63,580 nt of DNA, filler included, from Octopus bimaculoides (GCF_001194135.2; 5 parts of 5 records of this genome joined end to end with filler, not necessarily neighbours in it), one strand, 5' to 3'; numbered from the whole stretch's first letter, positions 51,005 through 63,538 are shown. Notes: a model not told the origin generated them from the sequence alone. Translations and numbers: made by a program.

Positions 51005-52548
51005 GTAGGTATGAATTTTACGTGTTTACATAACCATCATTTGACATATCACTAACTGTCAATTAAATAATACTGTCATAGGCAGAGAGAGCGTAACTAT
51101 TAGAACTAATATGATGTTAATAATGTTCTAAGGAAGGCATTGTACAGTTGGTTCACTACATATTACATATACAGACTAAACAGAACTGGAATAATTTCAG
51201 GCGCTATTTTCGAAAGTTGTGATGTGTCGTTTTCAAGAGAGGTATTCTCTGTTTGTTAGGTATAAGATATATGAAGATCGTGTAAGGGCGCCCGGCCTAG
51301 TGGTTAGGACTTTACTTGCAAGATCGTGGTTTCAATTCCTGATCCGAGCGGTGCGTTGTGGTCTTGTGCAAAACACTTCATTTCACGTTGCTCTGCGATC
51401 ACTTCAACAACCGACGTGTGGTAAACCGAGCACCTTTTCAAGCAACGTCAATGTGATAGAGGGAGATCTCTAATGTACAGCTCACACATTAGATCACTGA
51501 TCACTTGAAATAAATCATTTATACGGGTTCATCAACAAGAAATTGCAGAACCATTTTTCTCAGACTACGGGAGACTATCATCACATCCTATGAAGATTAT
51601 GCTATTCTCGCATGTTGCATGTAAAATGTTATATAAAATACAGGTTTAACTTACTTATTTTTCAATTGAAGGATATTTGAATATGTTTTGATAGTCGCCA
51701 TTTATAGATAGTCTTTTGAAGGATTTGGTACATTACTGAAAGTATTCAGATTTTTCTCTGAAAATCTTAAATGTAAACAGCTTCAGTGTAGCACGTTTTG
51801 ATATCTGAATATCTTATTATCTGCTTATTGAAAGGATATACGGTATGCCCTTCAGAAAAGGATTTATATTTTCTTTAGTCATTTGTGCACAGATTGTGTG
51901 CGAGTAAATGAGGGACTCATAATTTTTATCCTTGGTAGTATATATAACTATGCAATAGTACATTGACAACGAAATAAACTATTTGCTACTGTAAATATCG
52001 ACAGCACTTTAAACTAATCCGAAGACTGTTTGCTTGTCGGATTGAATTCTACATCTGTCAACATAACCAGCTGATTCGGGTTTCTTACATAGTGATAGAC
52101 AAGACCTTTCATAATGCTCCAACGACGATGAGTTATATAACATATACTACCACACGTACCAATAATATCGGAAATATTTTGGTACTGAAACTCAACACAT
52201 GCCGTATATATCTTTTCATGTTATGATACCCTTACAGTTTATGGTTTCTCATATACGAATTAGTGACATGTATACAATAAATATTCATTAGAAAAGATAT
52301 TGGAGTTTCTTTTCCTATTTTTTCTATTTTCTTATGGAGGCGGTGTCCTATTTCGAATACATTTACCTTTATATGTAGTCAGTACAGAATTAAGTTCTGA
52401 AAGCTTCAGTTAGTGATACAGCTGATGTCATAAGTTCTCAATAAGTCCTCAAAACACGATATAGTAATAATCGAAGCCTAATGTAAAGATATATTTGCAG
52501 CAAAGTGAGATGGCGTTTTAATGAATTGTTAATTTGTTTACTTCATAA

Positions 52549-52758
52549 GCCGGCGAGCTGGCAGAAATGTTAGCACGCCGGGCAAAATGCTTTTGGTATT
52601 TCGTCTGTCTTTACGTTCTGAGTTCAAATTCCGCCGAGGTCGACTCTGCCTTTCATTCTTTCGGGATCTATAAATTAAGTACCAGTTGTGTTTTGAGGTC
52701 GATCTAATCGGCTGGCCCCTTCCCCCAAAATTTCGGGATCTTGTGCTTAGAGCAGAAA
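52549..52758 (+). mobile_element. SINE family A copy with 16-bp TSD
   Basis: AATTTGTTTACTTCAT on both flanks. Confidence 0.85.
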
Positions 52759-53125
52759 CGAATTTGTTTACTTCATTTTTGACATAACTAGTAAAATACA
52801 GCAATGATGTTATTTGTTTATAATTCGTTGTCTTTCTTTTAAGGAGTTAGCCTAACCAAAAAAGAAGAGGGAGAAGAAATTATTAAATAAAAGAAGTTAG
52901 GATTCAAAACCCAATAATCATGTACTTGAAAAGTATGAATATAGTTAGACATTAAGCCAAATATGGATATTGTCAAATCAACTGTAGGTTGCCGGGAGAA
53001 GTTAAAAGATACAGTTGGGTATTTTCGTTAGCAACACAAGGAAATTACAAATTTTGTTATTATTTAACTTCTAAAACTAAGATGTTGAGAGATCTGTGAT
53101 AGTGAAGAATTATTAACTGTATATA

Positions 53126-54399
53126 TTAGTTTGTTCGGAAAATAATGGTCGATTTTAGAAACAATTTTATTCTGGAAAAAATAATAGAAATGATTTGATT
53201 AGTGAAATTATGAGCCGTGAACATCTATACATCTCTGCCGTTGATCAACGAGATTATTTACACCTCGATGATAAAAACTTGTTGGCTTTGATGCTAAGAA
53301 ATCTTTGAAAACTGATTCCACCTTTGGTTTGGACCTGAAAGTTTTATCACTTAAAAACGTGTTTAAATTCTTAAAATGGTAGTCAGTGGGTGAAAGATCA
53401 GGAGAAGATGGAGGATATGGTAAAGTCTCGTATCCCAAGTCTGTGAGCTTCTGCAGTGCAATTCTTGCAACATGGGACTTTGCAGTATCGTGGAGCAGAA
53501 TTGGGCCACGCCGATTCACCAATACAGGTCTCATTTTTGGCAAGTGGGCATTCACTTCTGCGAGTTGGTTGCAGTAGACTTCTGCTTTAAAGCTATGATT
53601 GGCTTTCAAAAATCTGTAATGGACAACACCGATTCCAGACCACCAGACAGTCACCATAATCTTTTGCTGATGCAACTTTGTCTTTGGGAAATGTTTGGGG
53701 GACTCATCACGATCAAGCCATTGTCCGACCTGATTGTTTACAGTTATCATAAAGGATCCAGTTTTCATCACAAATGACTATTCGGTCAAGAACCGGATCA
53801 TTGGTGTTTCGCAGAAAGAGCATCGAGCACACTTCAAAACTCCGAACATTCTGATTTTCATTGAGTTCATGCGGTACCCATTTATCGAGCTTTTTCACCT
53901 TACCAATCTTCTGTAAATTGCGAGAGAGCGTTACAATACCGATATCAAGTGCCTGAGGCATTTCTCTGACACTTTGACGTTAGTTTTGTTCAGCAATTGC
54001 TTTCAATTGTTCACTGTCAAGACTGCATGACCGTCCTCTATCTTCTTCATCATCAAGGTTCTCATCACCACTACGTAATTTCTGAAACCACTTTCGTAGT
54101 GTGCGATCACTTGTGGACCCTTCTCTCCATGCTCTGTTGATATTGTCAGCAGTTTGGGAGGTATTGTGCCTAAGCATGAACTCCTGCAAGAAACGTAAAC
54201 GAAGGTCCATTTTGTCATGTTCATAATTAAGGGCGCCTATGCTTCAAGAATGTTTTCTGCCTGAAATAAGTAGAAAATTATTAAAGAGCATACATCAATT
54301 GCTAAGTTTGTCGAAATTTACCTAAGATATAATTAAAATACTATGATAAAATTGCGTTTCAAAAGACAACACCGGCCATTATTTTTAGAAAAAAACAAG
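53126..54399 (-). mobile_element. mariner (DD34D) element, near full length, frameshifted
   Basis: WFQKLRSGDENLDDE, KKLDKWVPHELNE, RIVICDENWILYDN, LLHDTAKSH, YPPSSPDLSPTDYH. Imperfect TIRs (AAAATAATGGTCG / CCGGCCATTATTTTT). Confidence 0.92.
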
Positions 54400-54603
54400 T
54401 AGAAAGAAATACCAATCTTTAAATTTTCTTATGAATTCGCGTTGAAGACATGTATACTATGCTACATAGGATGTGAACTGAAAGTATTCAAACCATATTT
54501 TTAAACCGTGGTAAGAATATAAGAATATTTTCTTTTATTATGTTTTTAATAAAATACGGTATTTTACTATTATTCTTTCCTATTTTATATATTTTCTTCA
54601 CAG

Positions 54604-54837
54604 GTCGATGGGGTCATTTTATTCAAGTATGGAACGCGGAATTGAAAGCCGTTCCTTGGGCTTCATATTCAGTGGATTATAGCCACTGCAGTCAACTGTG
54701 TTATTTTAATAAATTTTGCAAGGCATTTAGCAGCGATCATACTCGTAGAATATGTAACATATATAATGTTGATGCGAGTGGCAATTTTACTTTGGCCTTT
54801 GCCGACTGCAGTTCAAAATACTATTATCAGCGAAGCA
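54604..54837 (+). CDS. Exon G of VWD-domain gene: PAN/apple-like domain (phase 1-1)
   Basis: TTCACAG acceptor, GTAAGT donor at 54838. Reads GRWGHFIQVWNAELK...HCSQLCYFNKFCKAFSSDHTRRICNIYN...YYYQRS, i.e. C-x3-C-x5-C-x2-F-x7-C-x2-Y PAN spacing. Confidence 0.8.
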
Positions 54838-55651
54838 GTAAGTATATCAATAAGCTATATATATATANNNNNNNNNNNNNNNNNNNNNNNNNNNNNNNNN
54901 NNNNNNNNNNNNNNNNNNNNNNNNNNNNNNNNNNNNNNNNNNNNNNNNNNNNNNNNNNNNNNNNNNNNNNNNNNNNNNNNNNNNNNNNNNNNNNNNNNNN
55001 NNNNNNNNNNNNNNNNNNNNNNNNNNNNNNNNNNNNNNNNNNNNNNNNNNNNNNNNNNNNNNNNNNNNNNNNNNNNNNNNNNNNNNNNNNNNNNNNNNNN
55101 NNNNNNNNNNNNTATATATACATATATTGTTTTCCTTTTGGGTGAAACTCTGCTAACTAGCTGCTTAATTTAATTATTGGTATACTCATTAGCGATTCGC
55201 TAAATCATCCATAAAGTTTTATGGAATAAACATATATGCTCGTAGCGTGGTTGGCCGGGAACTGGTGAGCTGTGCCGACTCGTCTGACGATGTTGAAACT
55301 GTACGGCAAAGAGACGACACAGTTGCCAGTTTCCGGTTCGCGACACACACACAATTTTAAGATATTTAGCCTTATGAAAGACGGTATCTGATGTCATGGA
55401 TCATTTTACTTAATACTGCAGAAGGCTTAACCGGAGTGTGAGGTGTATAGGTGTTCGATCCTTTATAGCGACGTGCTAGCCGCATTTTTATTTGTTTTTT
55501 TCTCGACTTCTGTTTCGTTTTCTAAGGGTGTTCAACCAATATTCTAAACTGGTTTTCACAGCTATTCCGGGGACAATAATATTAAAAAAAAATTTTCTTC
55601 TTGTCCTGTAATTTTCCAAGCATAATTACTGCTTGTTCTGTACTTTTCCAG

Positions 55652-55737
55652 GTTCAATACTGAAGAATATTCTGGGATTCTACACCTGCATTATACATAC
55701 ACTACAGAATCCTGAAGCTGGGCTTATGAACCGATAG
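55652..55737 (+). CDS. Candidate terminal coding exon of VWD-domain gene
   Basis: First good acceptor (GTACTTTTCCAG) after the exon G donor and the following gap. In phase 1 it reads SSILKNILGFYTCIIHTLQNPEAGLMNR-stop. No domain support. Confidence 0.3.
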
Positions 55738-56040
55738 CTTGGGTGGGACCTTTGATCATTTTCTATATACATATATACACACACGCACACACACAGATGT
55801 GTATATTTGTATATGTGTGCTCTTCAATATCCTTCCAAAATGAATGAGAGACCTGCATGGTGTAGATGTAAGTTTCTTTAAAGTAAAACTGGATTTCTTC
55901 CTGTCAAAGAGTCCAGACGAGCCTAACTCACGGCAAACTCTTTTGCCGAACCGCTGAGTTACGGGCTCATAAACACACCAGCATCGGTTGTCAAACGATG
56001 TTGGGGGACAAACACAGATGCACAGATATATACACACACT

Positions 56041-56117
<77 letters not shown>

Positions 56118-56119
<2 letters not shown>

Positions 56120-56600
56120 GAGAATATACAAATAATAACAACAGACGAGGACAGGTGGTGTAAATAACAAAAGGATATATTAGTATGACGCTCGGGAATA
56201 CGGAAAGTCTTTGACGTTTCGAGCTACGCTCTTCAACAGAAAGAATACGGAGACAAGGAGAAAAACACGGAGAAAAAAAACTGAATAGTGTTCAGTCAAC
56301 GGTCAATCATAATAATATGTGGGTACAGGACGTCACGAAACGTACAACAAAAAATACGAAGTACGAGTACATGGAATATGAACTATTTTTTCGAACAACG
56401 AAAGACACAAATGGAAAACAAGACAAACAACATAAAGAACGACCCTTCGTCAGTTTCTCATATTTCAAGCTTTTAACAACAAGATACGCTTTCGATAAAA
56501 CAGTTGCTACCGCAGACCAAATTAAATAAAATTTGGGATTTTGCGGAGAGTCAAACACAAACAGGACAGTGAAAACAAACAGAAAGGGCTGCTAAGCCTA
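56118..56600 (-). mobile_element. Penelope-type terminal-repeat-derived element; partly homologous to 21600-21830
   Basis: Contains a hammerhead motif. The segment ACCCTTC(A/G)TCAG...ACAGTG(G/A)A(G/A)ACA is shared with 21690-21830. Confidence 0.55.
56208..56244 (-). ncRNA. Minimal type I hammerhead ribozyme, A6U core variant
   Basis: Minus strand reads TCTTT-CTGTTGA-A-GAGC(GTA)GCTC-GAAA-CGT-C-AAAGA: stems I and II perfect, palindromic ACGT stem III, GUC triplet. Confidence 0.7.
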
Positions 56601-56639
56601 AACGAGGTTGTGGTGGCGAATTCGTAAATCAAGCTTGGA

Positions 56640-57830
56640 CAGAAGACAGACGCATCCAGTAAGGGGCTTTGTGGATGATATTACGGTAACAACTGCAACC
56701 CATGTGGATGCAGAAAGAACACATGGTGACATGGGCAAGAATGAGGTTTAAACCAAAAACTTCGAGGTGCATGGTGATCAGGGAAGAGCGGAATTAATCT
56801 ACAAAATCAGGCTGAAAGTGCAAGGAGAGGGCCATTCCATCAATAGAGGAAAATCCTATTGAATGCTTCGGAAAGATGTTTGACAAATCGCTGTCAGACA
56901 GAAGCAATGTCACCAACATTGTGAAGCAAGCAGAGGAGTGGCTGATGAGGATTGATAGATCAGAGCTTCCAGGAAAGTTTAGGGCATGGCTCTACCAACA
57001 AGACCCATATGGTTGTTGATGCTGTGTGATGTTCCGATGATAAGTGTGGAAAGGGTGGAGAGGAATATAAATAAATACCTCCGAAGATGGCTAGGTGTTA
57101 CCCCAAGCTTTACTTCAATAGACCTGTACATAAGATCGGGACATCTACAACTTTCCTTGTCATACGTAGGGGAGGAAATTAAAGTAATAAAATGTTAAGT
57201 TGTAATGATGTACAGAGACTCTAAGGACGAGTTTGTAAGATATGCAGGTATTACAACAAGGTCTGGGCGAAAGTAGGTAGGTAGCGCTGCAGTCGCTCAG
57301 GCTGAAGTTATGCTGCAGCTGCGCCACATCATTGGGGTTAGATGCATAGGTCGCTAGGGTCTTGGTTCTTCCTATTTTCGACAATGGAAGAAAACAGACA
57401 CCAGAAAGAGGTGAGCTATGACCCAGGAAGTGGTGCGGTACCAGGAGGAAGAAAGAAGAAAACCAAGAGATATGGGGTTGGTATCTTAGGGTGCATGGAC
57501 TAAATGGGATCTCCCTTAGAAGAGATCACATAGACTAACCTGTGGAGGCTAAACCTTTTCGCATCTCCTTCCTGCTGCGGACGGTGTGACACACTACCGA
57601 CGCCAAAAAACCTGCACAGCACCCTGGCACACATCTTGGCAGGGTGCAGAATAGCACTTTCTCAAGGCTGATTTAAATGGCGCCATGATAGGATCCTTGC
57701 AACACTTGCTCACACTCTGGAGCAGGAAAGGCGCAAGAAGCATCATCACCAAGGGAAGGAAACAGCAGCAATTAAGTTTGTGAAAGAGGAAGAGAGTTAA
57801 GTTGAAAACCAGGGAGAGATGAGGAGCAGT
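56640..57830 (+). mobile_element. HERO-clade non-LTR retrotransposon fragment
   Basis: RGFVDDITVTT, TWARMRFKPKTSRCMVI, LPGKFRAWLYQ, INKYLRRWLGV, TRSGRK, TLAHILAGC..ALSQG..WRHDRIL. Many stops and frameshifts. Confidence 0.8.
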
Positions 57831-57899
57831 GACCTGGCCACCTCTACTGAACCACCAACGAGAGGGTGTTACGGTTCAGGGTCGAAACACCCGATGAAT

Positions 57900-59240
57900 T
57901 TTAGATGCCATTTGACGACATCAGTTCCTCCTGGACAAGGCTTCATTCACCTTTCTCTAATAAGAAATACTAGAACACTTAAATCAGGTCTTTATTATTG
58001 AATCTTTAAAATTTATACTCCAGAAGAATTATTTCCTATTTGATGACACCTACTATCGCCAAAATTCGGAATTACGATGGGAACGAAAGCAGTCCATGTT
58101 CTTGCGAACCTAATAATGGGTTATTTTGAATTCATCATATATGAAATGTCACGGCAAAAATATGGTTATCCATTTCACCATTACATGAGAGAAAACTGGA
58201 AAAGATACCTGGATGACTTTTTTTTATCATTTGGAAGGAGACTCTTGACAAACATTTGGAATTCAAATCAACACTAAATGATATAAACAATAACATTCAG
58301 TTCACAATGGAATATAGCACAGAACAGCTCCCATTTTTTGGATATTATGATTAAGAAAGTCAACAACCAAATTATAACTGACATCTATCATAGACCAACG
58401 GACTCGAAGCAATATCTCCTTTTTAGCTCACATCAAAACACATCAAAATAAATATCCTCTTTAATTTGGCGAAAAGGATTTGCACAATAGTGTATGATAC
58501 AACTACTCGGGACCTTCGTCTTCAAGACCTCAGAACAACGCTAACTGAAAGACAATATCCACCCTCACTTATAGATGATGGAATAAATCGTGCCAAGAAA
58601 TTATACATAGAAACACTAAGGCAACAAAACATAACACCACACTCCATCTCAAAACACTACTGTATGTATCGATTTACAACCCTAGAAAAAATGAGGCATA
58701 CAACACTATCGTGCAAAATATTTCTTTACTAACTGAAAGCACATAATTTCATCAAATGCAAAAAGCATCGCAAATCGCTAAAGAGATTTCTAACAAACGC
58801 GAAGCTTTTCACAACAACCACGAAACCAATGTTTAAAAAATGTGGATGCCCAAATTGTGGAGCATGCCCCAACCTACTTGAAGGTTCGAATCTCCTTTTC
58901 AAACAAGGAGAGAGGTTCAAAATTAAAACCAACTTCACTTGTGCCTCTGAGAATCTAATTTATGTAATAACCTGCTCGTGTTATGGACATCACTATATAG
59001 GACAGACGAGTATGGCATTGAGACAGAGAACCACTCTATATAAAGAGCAGATCCAGTTCCCGCAAAACACAGATTCTTTTAAATGAACACATAGAGAGAT
59101 GTGCCGGTAACATCAAACAAAATTTCAGTTTTCCCCTTCTACCAGTGCAAAGACACAATTTCATTACAAGAACATTTAAATAAAGAAAATATGTTCATCG
59201 AAAAATACAGAGCACGTCTAAATATGCGTCCATAACAAAC
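57900..59240 (+). mobile_element. Penelope-like retroelement (RT plus GIY-YIG), degenerate
   Basis: YYRQNSGITMGT..LANLIMG, WKRYLDD, FTMEYS..LPFLDI, CGCPNCGAC, NLIYVITC..HYIGQT. Confidence 0.92.
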
Positions 59241-60004
59241 TTTGATCTCTATACATATTTTAATTCGCGATTATATTCCCATCGCTGTACATATTTCTCC
59301 CCACTACACTAGTTTTTAAATTTTTGTGTATATATATATATATATTCTCCCTCCACCTTACCGAAAGATAAAAAATTACCTCCCCTGTCCACAATGATAA
59401 TGATAACCAATTACCTCTCCTTAGATTTTTCTACTTTTTTAATCATTCATTCTTATGGTTGATTTCCACACACAACGTGGACAAAAAAAAATTTTCTTAA
59501 GAAAATACGTATTTAAATAAATTTTAATGTCATCATCAGGGAAAGCGAAATCGGTGGACAAACGCAATATAAGATATATTAAAAATTCTGTTAAGACTAT
59601 GTAAAAAGTGTGCATTTTCCTTCTTTAATTTCTTATTTATATTACAACTCACCACGTGGGGATAATCAAAATTCTTCCCTTTCTGTTACTGTGTGTATAT
59701 ANNNNNNNNNNATTAACTAAGGCTGGTTGGTTTCGTTATTTTTTCTTCTTTTTGCCTATGTGAGTTACTTGTATTGCTATCTGTGGAGATATATTGTAGT
59801 AGAGGAATTAGTATTTTAACTGCTATTTCTAAATTTCAGTATGTGGTGAAGCAACTTTTGCTGATCCCTTAATTATGTTTATAATTATAAAAACTTTTTG
59901 TATAAGTTTTTACCAATAATGGTTCTTTTTTTCATACCGAACTACTTAGTAAAAATTATTNNNNNNNNNNNNNNNNNNNNNNNNNNNNNNNNNNNNNNNN
60001 NNNN

Positions 60005-60016
60005 TTAATTAATTAA
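60005..60016. other. Synthetic scaffolding spacer TTAATTAATTAA
   Basis: 44N-12mer-44N. Confidence 0.95.
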
Positions 60017-60231
60017 NNNNNNNNNNNNNNNNNNNNNNNNNNNNNNNNNNNNNNNNNNNNAATAAATATATACAAATTATAAAAATAATTTTAAAAAATA
60101 TATATACAGTGCAGTACTGTCTCTACTTTGCCAATTTTCCCCTATCACGGGGTGAGGGGAGGGGAATTAAGAACATAACACCTGTGATAGTTGAGGGATT
60201 ACTGTACATATATATATGCATTCTTCCAAAT

Positions 60232-61270
60232 CTACAATGGGTGGGCCAAAAAGTTCATAGTCTGTCTGTGAAATAGTAATGCTAGAGCTGAACATTTTGC
60301 ATACATTAATTTCAACCCTTTATTATGAGATAAATTGACACCCGATTCTTCAAAGAAAACTTCAAATATAATCAGTAGTAAAAAATTGAGAAAATTTGGC
60401 ATCATGCTGTTAGCAAGTGCCTTCAGAAAAGGGGATTAGAAACAAAGGACAATCATGCAGCTAGGTGGCTACAGATGAGTGTGACACTGCAACTTTATCA
60501 ACGGTACAAAATGGGCAGCTGAATTTATGAGGGAAAGAGAGAGTCTAGAAGATGATTTGGACGTCCTGGAACTGACACCACCGAGCAAAATGTGGATCAT
60601 GTTCAGGACATGGTGATAGATGACAGGCAATTGTCTATAAATCAAATAGCTAATGTTGTTAGCATATCCCATGAGAGAGTTGAGAGTTTTAGTATGACGA
60701 AAATTTGCCACGTCTTCTAACACCTGATCAAAGCACACCAGGTTGATCACATCTTGGGAGACACACCCAGCTATTTTCCTTACATGTTTCCTAAGCCAGA
60801 ATAAGTGTTGGGTTCATCACATTGAACCAATGACAAAGAGACAATGCATGCCATAGAAACACTTCTCTTNNNNNNNNNNATTGAACCAATGACAAAGAGA
60901 CAATGCATGCCATAGAAACACTTCTCTTCACCTGCTTCAAACAAATCCAGGGTTGTTTTATCAGGAGAGAAGGTGATAGAGGGCTTCAGATGTTTGGCAT
61001 GCAAAAAGCATTGTGTTTAAGGAATATCGTTAAAAGGGCAACACCATCAATGATGTGTTCTATGTAGAGGAAGTTACAAAAGTCTGTCAAGGCCAAAAGG
61101 TATGAAAAACTGACAAAAGGTGTCTTGTTTCATCAGGGCAATGTTCCAACATATAAGTCCTTTCTTTCAATGGTTGTTGGGCCTGACTGTGGCTATAAAT
61201 TGACTAATCTCCGTTCCTATTCTCTTGATTTCACTCCATCTGACTATCATTAGTATCTAATACATATGGT
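60232..61270 (+). mobile_element. Degenerate mariner element
   Basis: KIEKIWHHAVSK.LQKRG, LEDDLDVLELT (EDD.R.GRP.T-like), FHQGNVP.YKS and YSLDFTPSDYH remnants. Confidence 0.8.
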
Positions 61271-61509
61271 GAAAGCAAAAAACAAATGAAACATTTTAAA
61301 CAAAAAATAAAGAAATTTTGAATAAGCTTTAAATGTTTTCACTTACCCACAATACTCAACATTGAATACTCCTGTTAAGTTTAAAAAGTTTTGCTCCATC
61401 TGCAATAGTTGGATAAAAATATACAAAGATATATGCATACATGTGTGTGTGCACGTGAGTGTGTGGATGTGTTTGTGTGTGNNNNNNNNNNNNNNNNNNN
61501 NNNNNNNNN

Positions 61510-61542
<33 letters not shown>

Positions 61543-62194
61543 TCATCATTATTTAACATTCATTGTCCATGCTGGCATGAGTTGGATGGTTTGACTTAGG
61601 CAGGTGAGCTGGAAGGCTGCACATGACTCCAGTTTAATTTAGTGTAGCAAGTTGTAAAAGGTGGTCATATGATGTAATAGTCATGTTGCCCGGACAAGTA
61701 TAATTATCAGTTTCCCATTGGTTAAAATTACTGCCCATATTTAAATTCTAAACTTTCGTCAAAGAGAAATCTTTCATGAAATACAGTTCTTAGNNNNNNN
61801 NNNACTTTCGTCAAAGAGAAATCTTTCATGAAATACAGTTCTTAGAATTCAGGTTCGAGCAGTTATAAAAACCCTGATCGCTGTTTCAGTCCCTCCATTT
61901 CCACTTCCTGGCCCTTTCTTTCAATATTATACTTCCTGTTCAGTACCCTGTAGTTTTGTTTGCTTTTAAGCTCTCCCTTTTCTTTTCAGTCTTACACAGA
62001 AATGTCTTTCGAGAGCATATCTAACTCTGCCTGTATTCTTTTCCACCATGGATCTTTTCTTTTGTCACTTCCATTATATTTCTTTNNNNNNNNNNNNNNN
62101 NNNNNNNNNNNNNNNNNNNNNATACTTGCTGCCTTGATCAAATTATTTGTTTCTGTGATGTTTTTTGTTTTGATGTACTTCAGAATTTCATTCA

Positions 62195-62228
<34 letters not shown>

Positions 62229-62238
62229 NNNNNNNNNN

Positions 62239-62275
<37 letters not shown>

Positions 62276-62560
62276 GAAAGACTCTTGGATAGGTCTTAAT
62301 TACCGGATATTCTTTACTTCAAAGCAAGCAATAACTAATCACCAAAGGTTTCAAGTAGTACTTTCTCCTGTGACTCAGAGAGACAATACTCTCCTTAGCA
62401 TGTGAGCTGTACTCAACAATGCTGTCTTTGGATCACTTCGAGCTTGACAGCGGCTCCAATATTCTTAATATATTTTCCAAAGCCATTGGGAACTGCTCCT
62501 AATGCTCCAATTACAACCAGTATCACCATTACTTTCCTCANNNNNNNNNNNNNNNNNNNN
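62195..62560 (-). mobile_element. R4/Dong-type LINE 3' end with (TAA)n tail
   Basis: Minus strand reads VILVVIGALGAVPNGFGKYIKNIG..KLEVIQ..AHMLRRVLSL-stop. The tail is the plus-strand (TTA)n at 62195-62275. Confidence 0.7.
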
Positions 62561-63174
62561 NNNNNNNNNNNNNNNNNNNNNNNNNNNNNNNNNNNNNNNN
62601 NNNNNNNNNNNNNNNNNNNNNNNNNNNNNNNNNNNNNNNTCTTTACGGATGATCAGGATATTTGGCCATCTCACCTCTATGGCTTAGTCGCACTGTATGT
62701 TAAAATTTTGTAATGTCATTAATATTATTATCATAATTTTCCAATTGATTTGCATTTTATTTCATCTTCCGATCAGGACTCAATCAAAGATCTATGGCCT
62801 GTATATATTAGATGGAGATAAGCTTCATGAGAATGTAGGCGGTTGATGTCAACAATTTTTTTGAGTCTCATAGATTGTTGGTTTCTCAGGGATCTGGTCA
62901 AAAACATTTTCATGATCATATTCAGGGCACCATAGGGATCATTATCTTTATTCAACATTTGGTAGTTGCAGGAAAATTTCTACTGCATCATCTGCTACAT
63001 CTCCAGGTTGCTGGGATTGTGCAGCATCGTGTGCACTTTGTTGTTGGGAATGTTCAAACTCTTCCTGGTATTGTATTGTGTCACTTTCTTTTTTTATGGG
63101 GTGTGGTACAGTCTTTTGTTATATTAGTGTTTGTATTGTGTGTTGTGTGTGTAGTGTGTTGGGTAATTGGCCTG

Positions 63175-63538
63175 TTATTGAGANNNNNNNNNNNNNNNNN
63201 NNNNNNNNNNNNNNNNNNNNNNNNNNNNNNNNNNNNNNNNNNNNNNNNNNNNNNNNNNNNNNNNNNNNNNNNATAGGATGTGGGCTGTTCCTAGCAGGGC
63301 TATTTTTTGGATAGTGTGTAGTAGTGAAAATCCAGGTATAGCTTCTACGTTTTTGTTCATATGTTTTTTTAACATTCCCAACGCTCCAATTATTACTGGT
63401 ACTGTTTTCATCTTTATGCCACACATGTTGAATACTTCAATTTTGAAGTCTTTATACTTTAACAATTTTTTTACTTCTTTTTGGACAATATTTTGGTCAG
63501 AAGGGACTGCAATTTCTATTTGTAAGCACGTATAGTCT

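Noticed and set aside
59460-59540. Minus-strand CTGATGA motif after the second PLE
   Set aside because: The GAAA half of the core is missing; at best a relic.
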